From: Candidatus Saccharimonadales bacterium
GTDB lineage: Bacteria > Patescibacteriota > Saccharimonadia > Saccharimonadales > EFPC-124
DNA length: 64,000 bases
NCBI GenBank assembly: GCA_035710125.1
Contig: DASTDY010000058.1
Coordinates: forward strand, 704-64,703
Direction of reading: 5' to 3'
Shown here: piece after piece, positions 46,781 through 54,655 of the stretch
How the letters are laid out: each line of letters begins with the position of its first letter
Numbering within the stretch: position 1 is the first letter of the stretch
Made by a program: the position numbers and the translations under genes
The notes under the pieces: generated by a model
Database searches by the model: none
Told to the model about the DNA's origin: nothing
What the model saw: only the letters and a program-made list of their open reading frames with translations

Positions 46781-46789
46781 ATTGTAGCA
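46781..46789 (-). promoter_or_regulatory. extended -10 box TGCTACAAT, 7 nt upstream of gpsA ATG 46773 (leaderless-type)
   Basis: The minus strand reads TGCTACAAT-gctagca-ATG. Confidence 0.4.
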
Positions 46790-46899
46790 AAAATAAGGGT
46801 AAGCAGTAAGAAGAATGTGATTTTACAGTTGTTAAGTAAATATGGCTGTGTTTAAATGGATCGCGGTAATGTTGACTCACTTCAGGAGGTGAAGGCCAA

Positions 46900-47550
46900 A
46901 TGCTCTCCTCTGGGACCAAAGAGCTGATCCATGGCTTCAGTCCGGTGCCAGCGCTGGTGGCTTACGGCGTATTGACGCTGGAACCCACGGTGGAGCGGAT
47001 GCTCCAAACCCACGCCAAGAGGTACCAACGGGGCGAGGAGTACGCGCCGCACAACCACGCTCTGGCTGTGGTGAAGGGCTGGACAGAGGCGCTGCTGGAC
47101 GACAGCTCCGAACCGCAGCCGGCAGCCGGGTACGCGCAGCACGAACGAACTGGCGTGAACGCCAGGCCGGACCTGCTGTACATGGTGGGCGCAATGCTCA
47201 CCACGTTCTGGGTGCAGCACTCGACCGAGTGTGGCAACCTGATCTCGCAGGGCGCCATGGCCGAGATCGAGAACGCGTTCTTCCGTGCGTCGTACGCCTA
47301 CGGCGTGGGCGTCGAGCTGATCGAGAACATCTCTTGGCCGTCACACCAGGCGGCCGTGAGCATGTTCATGCACACGATCATCGTTGCCAGAGGCACCGAC
47401 GAGTCCTACGCCCATGCGGTGGACTTCTGGCAGAGGATCGTGGAGCCGATCGGTGGGGCGGACCTGAAGTCAACCGTCGCTGAGATGCTCGACCATCTGA
47501 CGCCCAGGCACGTGTCCGATCTGTTCCTGAGCGCCAAGGACGCCAGCTGA
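46900..47550 (+). CDS. orphan GC-rich ORF 4 (216 aa), soluble, unknown function
   Basis: AGGAGG lies 10 nt upstream of ATG 46900. Upstream are TTGTTA (46829) and TGT-TTAAAT (46849-46857). Nearly all codons end in G/C. No recognised motif. Confidence 0.6.
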   Translation: MLSSGTKELIHGFSPVPALVAYGVLTLEPTVERMLQTHAKRYQRGEEYAPHNHALAVVKGWTEALLDDSSEPQPAAGYAQHERTGVNARPDLLYMVGAMLTTFWVQHSTECGNLISQGAMAEIENAFFRASYAYGVGVELIENISWPSHQAAVSMFMHTIIVARGTDESYAHAVDFWQRIVEPIGGADLKSTVAEMLDHLTPRHVSDLFLSAKDAS

Positions 47551-47554
47551 TACC

Positions 47555-47589
47555 CCGCGCCAGTCTGCAACCCATGCAGGCTGGCGCGG
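47555..47589 (+). terminator. GC-rich hairpin after cassette 4 (9-bp perfect stem)
   Basis: CCGCGCCAG-(17 nt)-CTGGCGCGG, 5 nt after the stop codon, with no U tract. Confidence 0.45.
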
Positions 47590-47617
47590 CAGTCTAAAAT
47601 TATTTGCCTATGCACCT

Positions 47618-48964
47618 CTATTTTTTATGTAACGAGAACCGCTCGTAATGCACTTGCCCGTCTGGCACGCCTAGCTCTTTTAGTGCTTGCTTTACGCCAG
47701 CCATCATAGGTGGTGGGCCGCATAAAAATACATCTCGCTCTGCAATATCGGGCACTAAACGTGCAATCCGCTCTTTGTCTATATAGCCTTGTTCTTTTGA
47801 TTTTTCTTCGCTCAGTACAGTATAAATTGGCATTTGGATACGCTCGCCGAACTGCGTAAGCTCAGATAGCAAGGCTGTATCGGCGGCTGTCCTATTGCCA
47901 TACAGCAGCACGGCGCTATTTTTGCCGCCGGCTTCTGCCCGCTCTTCGATCATAGCCCTAAGCGGCGTAATACCGATGCCACCTGCGATATAAGCAACCT
48001 TGCTTTTTACTTGTTTCTCGTGGGTGAATGCCCCATGAGGCCCGCTCACCACAACCGGTGTACCAGGCGCAAGGCTTGGGATACCATTCGTAAAATCGCC
48101 AAGTGCGCGAACAGTTAACCGAATATGGTCGCTACTTGGCAACGCCGACAACGAAAATGGATGCTCCTGCCAGAACCTATGCTTATCTAAAAAGCGCACC
48201 ATCACAAACTGGCCGCCTTTGGCTGTAAAGCGCTGTAGATTTTTACCGCTAATGTACACGGAATTAGCAGTCGGCGTTTCGGCCACTACTTTTTGCACAG
48301 TAAAATGGTGCCACCAAAATAGCCACAGTGGGCGGCCGAACCGCCACACTAGCATATTAACCGCTGTAAATACATACAGAGCCATCCAATAAATAGCAAA
48401 TGTGGGGTTGATTAGAAAATCGGAGCCATTGGCGAATTGATGGAACGGTACCAGAATAATGGCCGCATAATTAAGCATATGCACCGCATACCACAGCTCA
48501 AACCGTAACCGTGCTACCACCATAACAATAGATGTCACTGCAGTTGCAATAAACAATATCTCGGCAATCACTGCGAGCCACACATAAGGCAGGCCGAGCA
48601 CTTGCTGTGCGCCTTCGGGCAGGACGCCTCCAGTGAGCAGTGTGCGCGTTATAACCATCAACGACGAATGCAGCAATATTAAAGCCAGCACTGCAATGCC
48701 GTTACGCCTATGAAAAATAGCCAGCCTATCCAAGCCAAAAATCGGCTCTAACCACCCCGCCCGTCCCATGAGCACAAACTGGGTGAGCGCACAAAATGTA
48801 GCAAGCAAGCCGAATAGCCGCGCCAAGGCGTGCCCTACGGCTACAATATCGCCGCTTGCCAGCTCCCCCGTTGCGCCGCTCACCCAAAAACCAGTAATTA
48901 CTGCACCATTAAGTGCCCAAAAGGCCCAGGCTAACTGCTTTTTTATGGTACTACTGCGTGCCAT
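47618..48964 (-). CDS. ferric-reductase-like transmembrane domain fused to FAD/NAD(P)H-binding domain (NOX/FRE-type oxidoreductase)
   Basis: Six TM segments containing several His residues; heme-ligand positions were not assigned. HPFSLSA (FAD-binding), GGIGITPL and CGPPPM (NAD-binding). Confidence 0.75.
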   Translation of the reverse strand: MARSSTIKKQLAWAFWALNGAVITGFWVSGATGELASGDIVAVGHALARLFGLLATFCALTQFVLMGRAGWLEPIFGLDRLAIFHRRNGIAVLALILLHSSLMVITRTLLTGGVLPEGAQQVLGLPYVWLAVIAEILFIATAVTSIVMVVARLRFELWYAVHMLNYAAIILVPFHQFANGSDFLINPTFAIYWMALYVFTAVNMLVWRFGRPLWLFWWHHFTVQKVVAETPTANSVYISGKNLQRFTAKGGQFVMVRFLDKHRFWQEHPFSLSALPSSDHIRLTVRALGDFTNGIPSLAPGTPVVVSGPHGAFTHEKQVKSKVAYIAGGIGITPLRAMIEERAEAGGKNSAVLLYGNRTAADTALLSELTQFGERIQMPIYTVLSEEKSKEQGYIDKERIARLVPDIAERDVFLCGPPPMMAGVKQALKELGVPDGQVHYERFSLHKK

Positions 48965-48965
48965 G

Positions 48966-49385
48966 TTAATCGACTACTTGCACGGTGCCGCGCATAAATT
49001 GCTTGTGGGGCGTGCAAAGGTAATCGAATGTGCCGGTCTCGGTGAATGTATGGCTCACTGTGCCTCCTCGGCCAAACGTTGAAGCGGTAACTGGCAGACC
49101 GCCGGTATTGCCAGCATCAGTAGCTACAACATTGTGCGGCACGGTGTCTTGGTTTACCCACGTGACTTTTGTACCCTTTTTAATCTTTACTTTTGCTGGG
49201 CTGTAAGAAAGGTCATGCATGGCAATCTCTACTTCTTTTTTGTCGGTTGCATCGGTAAATTCTGCCGAAGGCGTGGTTATAGGCGTGTTTGTTTGCTTAT
49301 TGTTGCTAAGCACCACCCATACTCCAATACCTAAGATCACCACAACGCTGACAACGATAATCCAGATAATAGATGTTTTTCGCAT
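48966..49385 (-). CDS. membrane-anchored cupredoxin (plastocyanin/amicyanin-like type-1 copper protein)
   Basis: N-terminal TM. Ligand pattern VPHNVV ... YLCTPHKQFMRG (His, Cys-x2-His-x3-Met). Confidence 0.8.
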   Translation of the reverse strand: MRKTSIIWIIVVSVVVILGIGVWVVLSNNKQTNTPITTPSAEFTDATDKKEVEIAMHDLSYSPAKVKIKKGTKVTWVNQDTVPHNVVATDAGNTGGLPVTASTFGRGGTVSHTFTETGTFDYLCTPHKQFMRGTVQVVD

Positions 49386-49388
49386 GGC

Positions 49389-50549
49389 CTACGCCTTTTT
49401 ATCTGCTTTTTTAGGGAATAGCCGCACACCGATCGCAACAATTGTCGCGCCCAGCCCCATTAAGACAGCAAAGAACACTACGAATCCGCCAATAAACGGA
49501 ACTAATCCAAGCAACGACAGAACAAGTAGTCCCAAGAATAAACTCACTACACGACGGCCGCGTGATGGCCAATGGAGTTTTTCTACGATCACCCAACCAA
49601 GCCCGTAACCAGCGACTGCAAGTGCGCCAATGAGACAAATGGTAAGCATTAAAGCCAAAATAATTGCGAGCGGCAGTCCAAACAAGCTGGCAAACAACAA
49701 CACAATAAGCGCTGGCACGAGCAAAATACTTGCGGCTCCGCCCGTTGCTGAGGCTATTGGCCTCTTGCGGAACACAGCTGCCACAGCGTCGAATCCGCGA
49801 GGAGCAAGGGCAATTGCAGCAACACCAATCATAAACATTGCGATTAAGCCGTAAAATGCACCCCAAATCATGGCGGCTGTTTTGTTTGCGGGCCCGTTAT
49901 CTGTTGTTTGTGTATATTTAGTCTCGCCTTGTACTACTGCACCATCTGCCATTGTTGCCGGCGTGCTACCGCTGTAAGTCAGGTTACCTTGCACTATAAG
50001 CTTGGAGTCTAGGTTTAAGGTGCTAAATTCACCATCTACGTTGCGCCCTACATTGCCGGCTAGCCTCATTGCCACTGCGTTGCCCAGGATATCCCGCCCA
50101 ACACTACCATCTACAACAGTGCGGCTAGACGCAAATGTAAAATCGCGGCCAATTTTACTGTCTTGCTTTACATTTATGTTTTCTGCAAAAACAGTCGCGC
50201 TACCGCCCACGCTTGCGGCAACCTCAACGTCTACACCGGCTACACGGACATCGCCCATGACATTACCGTCGATATGTACGATCTGGCCGGCGCATATTAC
50301 ATCGCCCTCAACCGTGCCAGTTATATTTACGTTTTGGCCAGCGCAAAATAAATCGCCCTTGACCGTGCCTGCGACTGTCACTGTGTTGCCAGCAATGTAA
50401 AGTGAATTGTTTGTTGAATCACCAGCAGCTAGCGATGGCGTGTCACCGCCTCTTACATCTGTTGCGTGCGTCACGCCAATCCATGCAAAGCTAATTAATG
50501 CCCCTAAACCTACAATGAGTCCGATCGAGAGAAGTGCCCTTCGTTTCAT
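49389..50549 (-). CDS. bactofilin-like beta-helix repeat protein with C-terminal multi-TM domain
   Basis: Signal peptide. Repeats such as GTVKGDLFCAGQNVNITGTVEGDVICAGQIVHIDGNVMGDVRVAG. Four C-terminal hydrophobic segments. Confidence 0.6.
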   Translation of the reverse strand: MKRRALLSIGLIVGLGALISFAWIGVTHATDVRGGDTPSLAAGDSTNNSLYIAGNTVTVAGTVKGDLFCAGQNVNITGTVEGDVICAGQIVHIDGNVMGDVRVAGVDVEVAASVGGSATVFAENINVKQDSKIGRDFTFASSRTVVDGSVGRDILGNAVAMRLAGNVGRNVDGEFSTLNLDSKLIVQGNLTYSGSTPATMADGAVVQGETKYTQTTDNGPANKTAAMIWGAFYGLIAMFMIGVAAIALAPRGFDAVAAVFRKRPIASATGGAASILLVPALIVLLFASLFGLPLAIILALMLTICLIGALAVAGYGLGWVIVEKLHWPSRGRRVVSLFLGLLVLSLLGLVPFIGGFVVFFAVLMGLGATIVAIGVRLFPKKADKKA

Positions 50550-50585
50550 ACCCGCTCCTTAAAGTTAGTTTTATTATACGTGTGG

Positions 50586-51389
50586 TTACGATTTTGCAAC
50601 AGCCCGTTGGCGAACTGCTTCGTATAAAAGCAGGGCGGCAGAGGTTGCAACATTCAAAGAGTTTACTTTGCCGGCCATAGGTATACGGACTCTTGTGTCG
50701 GCCTCGCCAAGCCACGCATCGGAATGGCCGTACTTTTCTGAGCCAACAGTGAGCGCCACTCCACCAGTGAGGTCGGGGGTAGTAAACAGCGTATCAGTAT
50801 CTGGGGTAGAGGCAATAACTGCAATTTTATTGCGCCGCAACCAGGCGAGGGCCTCTTGCGGCGAGGCATTGGCAACCGGCACCGCAAACACTGCCCCTTT
50901 GCTGGCACGGATAACATTAGGGTTACCCCAGTCGGTTACCGCCGACACGCTAATAACGGCGTCTGCTCCAGCGGCGTCGGCAGTGCGGAGCATTGCGCCT
51001 AGGTTGCCTGGCTTTTCTACAGACTCACAAATTAAAATAAACGGATTTGGCTTTAATGCTAGGTTTTGCAGATCGGTTTTTGGCGCAGGAACAATTGCCA
51101 ACCAGCCATCGGGCCCTTCGCGATACGCGACCTTTTCAAATACTGGCCTACTGCATTCTACTGCCTCTACTCCGTCGGCAGTTAGCCGTGCGAGTAGCTT
51201 GGTTTGATCTGTACCACCCATTAGTTCTGGGCAATAGTACAGTGTTTTTATGCGTACACCGGCATCGAGCGCACATAATAATTCTTCAAAACCATCTACG
51301 AGCGTTAAGCCAGATTGTTCTCGTTCCCGCCGCTGACGCAATGACAACAAAAATTTTACTGCCGGATTTTGTTTACTTGTGATTATCAT
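50586..51389 (-). CDS. TrmH/SpoU-family rRNA/tRNA methyltransferase (RlmB-like)
   Basis: N-terminal substrate-binding region plus SpoU motifs VEKPGNLGAMLRTADAAG and IPMAGKVNSLNVATSAALLLYE. Confidence 0.85.
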   Translation of the reverse strand: MIITSKQNPAVKFLLSLRQRREREQSGLTLVDGFEELLCALDAGVRIKTLYYCPELMGGTDQTKLLARLTADGVEAVECSRPVFEKVAYREGPDGWLAIVPAPKTDLQNLALKPNPFILICESVEKPGNLGAMLRTADAAGADAVISVSAVTDWGNPNVIRASKGAVFAVPVANASPQEALAWLRRNKIAVIASTPDTDTLFTTPDLTGGVALTVGSEKYGHSDAWLGEADTRVRIPMAGKVNSLNVATSAALLLYEAVRQRAVAKS

Positions 51390-51410
51390 ATGGATACGAT
51401 TTTACCTTAG

Positions 51411-52424
51411 TCAGTCGCGTGTTGCCACCGCATATATAACATCTTGTAGACGTTGCCAAAGGTTAGGGTCGGCGCTTTGCAGCGCTAACTCTTGCGTGCC
51501 GAACGCAACACCTCGCCAACTAAAATTATGCGAACCGGTAAGCGCAACTTTAGCGCCATCGGGCATATCGAACAGCATGCACTTGGCATGTATCTTCTGC
51601 GTGCCTTCATATAGATTTGGCACATGCGTCACCCAGTTGTCCCATTGTTGGGCAACATCTGCCATGGTTACTCCTAAATGCCAAGGGGGTACAAAGTAAC
51701 AATCGGCCTTCTTTTGCTTGAGAATTTCTGCCAACCGGCCTGTCGGGCACATAAGCGACAAGTACTGCACAGATCTGGCCTGTTCTGCCAAATGACACGC
51801 CTGCGAGTAAATAATAGATTCGCCAGGAATGCCTGCATCGAACAAAAGCGTATTTTTTGCATCTAGCTTTTGCGTAGAATTATGCAAAGGATCAGAGTGC
51901 AAAAGCACTTTTGTAAGCACGGCAGCTATATGGGCGCTTTGTGTGTATAGCATGTAATCTATGTTGTCGAATGAAGAGTCGTCCAAATTTATGCCGCCAA
52001 AACTAAACACGTGGTCATCAACAATTGCGGCTTTGGCATGAAACCGGCCTTTGTATGGGATTACTCCTAGTGGTTTAGTCCAATGCACAGCACCGCCCAG
52101 CCGTTGGATATCACTGCAGAACTCGAGCGTACGCCTACATTCTTCTTTAAAAGTGCCAATTGGAACGTGTTCGGGCCGGCTTGCATCATGTAAACCGTAC
52201 GGGTCGGCAATTATATCTACCATTACACCTCGGCGTGCGGCCGCCATAACTGCGTCTAAGATTTGAGCCATGGCTGATCCAGTGCGGAGTACCAACGCCG
52301 CCAAAATAATTGATTTTTTGGCATTCTTAATGTGCCGTGCTAGCACTTGTGGATATTCTGACGCGGCAATAACGCGGAATGGCGCGCCAGACTTACTAGA
52401 ATCCGCCGCCATAACCGCCGCCAT
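51411..52424 (-). CDS. phospholipase D-superfamily protein with two HKD motifs
   Basis: FHAKAAIVDDHVFSFGGINL and IHAKCMLFD...VALTGSHNFS. The start is ambiguous (TTG 52439, ATG 52424 or ATG 52412), and every option overlaps the upstream gene. Confidence 0.75.
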   Translation of the reverse strand: MAAVMAADSSKSGAPFRVIAASEYPQVLARHIKNAKKSIILAALVLRTGSAMAQILDAVMAAARRGVMVDIIADPYGLHDASRPEHVPIGTFKEECRRTLEFCSDIQRLGGAVHWTKPLGVIPYKGRFHAKAAIVDDHVFSFGGINLDDSSFDNIDYMLYTQSAHIAAVLTKVLLHSDPLHNSTQKLDAKNTLLFDAGIPGESIIYSQACHLAEQARSVQYLSLMCPTGRLAEILKQKKADCYFVPPWHLGVTMADVAQQWDNWVTHVPNLYEGTQKIHAKCMLFDMPDGAKVALTGSHNFSWRGVAFGTQELALQSADPNLWQRLQDVIYAVATRD

Positions 52425-54219
52425 AACCTCTAAAGACAATCGACGGCTTATGGTAGTCGGTAACTTTGAGCGACTTTTGCGTATCTGTTGCCTGCGCCGG
52501 AATTATGTACAGCTCACTCCCCTTTTGCGACGCCAAAAGGTAGTTGTCGGTGTACCAGCCATAGGGGGTAAATTCAGATAATGAGGCAAGCTCTTTGCCG
52601 TTCCCGCCCTTAGCGTCGCCTACTAAAAGCGTATTTTTGCCGTCCCGAGGCTCATACCAAAACGTTTTTTGGCCAGATGGCGAAAGCAAAAACGTAGGGT
52701 AGTACTGGTTAAAGTCTTCGCTCTTGATGTTTGTGTTTTCCGTAATTGCGTCGTCCTCGTATTCATAGTAGTGGTACTTGCCTTCGGGCGAGTTGTATAC
52801 GGCAAAATAAATCTCATCGGCCTTATACGGCACTGCGTTGTTTATAAAATGGTTTGCGTCGAACGCTTTTAGCACCTTTTTGCCTGCACCGCTGGGTTGC
52901 AACGACACAATAGACATAGGTTTATTGTTTGCATATCCGCTCCAGCTTTTAACGAATACAATCACACCCTTTGAGTCTATGATATAAATATTGCTGAACT
53001 CCTCGCGCCTGTAATCGAAAGAACCCGTTCCTTCTGCCTGCGTCTCGTCTATAACTGCAAGCTTGTTAGTGTCGGCATCGAATGTCTTAAGCGCGGTTGC
53101 CTTTGGCTGCCAAGGCTTTAGCCCTAAGCGGTCAACCTTGTACACAAACGAGTGGTTGTGCCAGCCTACCAACGAGAAGTCGGCATTTCCTTCATCTACA
53201 ACACTGGTTTGGTTGTTAGAAGTGTTAATGAGGTATAATTTTGGTTTTTCGCTGTCACGACGCGCCTTTAAAAGCAAGAATTTCCAATCGCGTGAGGCTA
53301 GCAGAATGGTGCCACCTTCTTCTTCTTTGCCAGTGCCAGCGACCACCACTTGGGCATCTGAGCCATCAAGGTTAGCTTTCATTACATTGATCTTGCCAGT
53401 ACGCTTGCTTAAGAAGTACAGCGTACCACTAGGGGTTAGCGCAAAATCATTTTTACTGTCTTTTTGCTCAATAACCGTTACTTCAGCTTCTTGCGCATTA
53501 AACCCGTCGGCGGTAAATGTTGCCTTTACAGTGGCACTCTCTGCCGGCACTACCAAGGTTGCCTCGCCAGCGTTATCTGTTATCGCACTGGTGTCGGCTA
53601 CTTTAATTGCAACCTTTTGAAGCGGCTCACCAGAGATTTTATTCTTAACTGTTACTGGAACTTGCCTGCCCGTTGCCTCAATTTTTACTTGGCCTGCGTC
53701 TGCGTTACTCAGAATGGGTACTGTAATGGCCTGCTCTACACTCTTAAAATATTTCTTCTTAATCGCCAACTGGTAATTGCCGACTGCCACATTGCGGAGC
53801 GTGGCTTTACCTTGGTCGTCTGTGTAACCCGTTACCCCCGGCAGGCTTACTTCGGCATCAGAGACCGGTTTGCCTGTTTTGCTATCTATTACCGTAACTG
53901 AAAGGTCTTTACGTATAAATGACCCTAAAATGCCGTAACGAGTAAACGGAATGAGCAGCAATACACTAACCAGCACAATAAGTGCACCTGCCCCGAGGGT
54001 AATTTTGCCCTTTTTAGTCTTTAGAAAATCTCGCCACGATCTTTTACCTTCGGTAGACGCAGCTCCACCCAGGCCAGCGCTGCCATTACTGTCATCTTTG
54101 GAGACTACTGGTTTGTGCAGTTCCGGGTTTTCTGCAGCATCTTCTTGCCCTTTAACATTAGTATCGGGCTGAGGCTTGTCTTCGGTATTTGCAGCCTTTG
54201 GCGAATCTTTTTTTGCCAT
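52396..54219 (-). CDS. membrane-anchored protein with carboxypeptidase-regulatory-like Ig domains and a beta-propeller-like C-terminal region
   Basis: TM LGAGALIVLVSVLLLIPF. Repeats VTVIDSKTGKPVSDAEVSL...GKATL and VTVKNKISGEPLQKVAIKV...GEATL. TolB-like repeats. Tail GYGGGYGGGF. Start set at MAKKDSP (54219) with AAAGGAG upstream. Confidence 0.6.
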   Translation of the reverse strand: MAKKDSPKAANTEDKPQPDTNVKGQEDAAENPELHKPVVSKDDSNGSAGLGGAASTEGKRSWRDFLKTKKGKITLGAGALIVLVSVLLLIPFTRYGILGSFIRKDLSVTVIDSKTGKPVSDAEVSLPGVTGYTDDQGKATLRNVAVGNYQLAIKKKYFKSVEQAITVPILSNADAGQVKIEATGRQVPVTVKNKISGEPLQKVAIKVADTSAITDNAGEATLVVPAESATVKATFTADGFNAQEAEVTVIEQKDSKNDFALTPSGTLYFLSKRTGKINVMKANLDGSDAQVVVAGTGKEEEGGTILLASRDWKFLLLKARRDSEKPKLYLINTSNNQTSVVDEGNADFSLVGWHNHSFVYKVDRLGLKPWQPKATALKTFDADTNKLAVIDETQAEGTGSFDYRREEFSNIYIIDSKGVIVFVKSWSGYANNKPMSIVSLQPSGAGKKVLKAFDANHFINNAVPYKADEIYFAVYNSPEGKYHYYEYEDDAITENTNIKSEDFNQYYPTFLLSPSGQKTFWYEPRDGKNTLLVGDAKGGNGKELASLSEFTPYGWYTDNYLLASQKGSELYIIPAQATDTQKSLKVTDYHKPSIVFRGYGGGYGGGF

Positions 54220-54416
54220 TACTTTAGCTCCTTTTGCATTTAGCATAATCGTCTTTGGGGTACAACCGCAACCCTGTTTTTATATCACAAGCATAAGATT
54301 TATATTGAGCTAATGTTTTTGAACAAATCACAAAAATATTAAAAAGTATTGATTTTTGACAAAAAGAGAGTACGATGAAGTAGTTAGTTAAAATAACAAC
54401 ACTAAGGAGTAAGAAA

Positions 54417-54575
54417 GTGTACGTTTTAGGTAACTCTACAAGCGTGCCACCTGTGCTTCCTGACACAAGTGGTAGCATTCTCGCAGTCGTGACTGTTATT
54501 ACTTTAGCGATTGGCGCCGCAGTGATCATTACTACTGCCGCCCGTCAAATCGCCAAAAAGCATTACAGCGCCTAA
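54417..54575 (+). CDS. 52-aa mini-protein consisting essentially of a sortase-type sorting signal
   Basis: AAGGAG (54404-54409) lies 7 nt before GTG 54417. An in-frame TAG at 54381 rules out a longer N-terminus. Sequence: VYVLGNSTSVPPV-LPDTSG-SILAVVTVITLAIGAAVIITTAA-RQIAKKHYSA. The sortase gene lies 80 nt downstream. Absent from the ORF track because it is under 60 aa. Confidence 0.5.
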   Translation: MYVLGNSTSVPPVLPDTSGSILAVVTVITLAIGAAVIITTAARQIAKKHYSA

Positions 54576-54599
54576 GCTGTAAAATCTGTTCGCAAGTAA

Positions 54600-54630
54600 G
54601 GGTATGGTACCTCGGTGCCTGCCCTTTTTT
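54600..54630 (+). terminator. weak hairpin plus T6 between the mini-ORF and the sortase gene (possible attenuator)
   Basis: GGGTA...TGCCC imperfect stem followed by TTTTTT (54625-54630). Confidence 0.25.
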
Positions 54631-54655
54631 GCAACAGACACTTTGAACTAGCATT

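Noticed and set aside
46882-47615. Five overlapping minus- or plus-strand ORFs across island 4.
   Set aside because: Same reasoning as for the other islands. Only the 46900-47550 frame combines AGGAGG, ATG and a consistent G/C third-position bias.
52396-52439. The overlap between the 616-aa ORF and the PLD gene as a possible frameshifted fusion or pseudogene.
   Set aside because: Both proteins look complete: the first has a distinct C-terminal Gly/Tyr tail, and the PLD protein has both HKD motifs. The overlap is better read as translational coupling.
54224-54529. A 101-aa minus-strand ORF spanning the divergent promoter region.
   Set aside because: It runs through AT-rich intergenic DNA with no SD. 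It overlaps the upstream gene start and the + strand mini-ORF, which has a strong SD and a coherent sorting-signal architecture.
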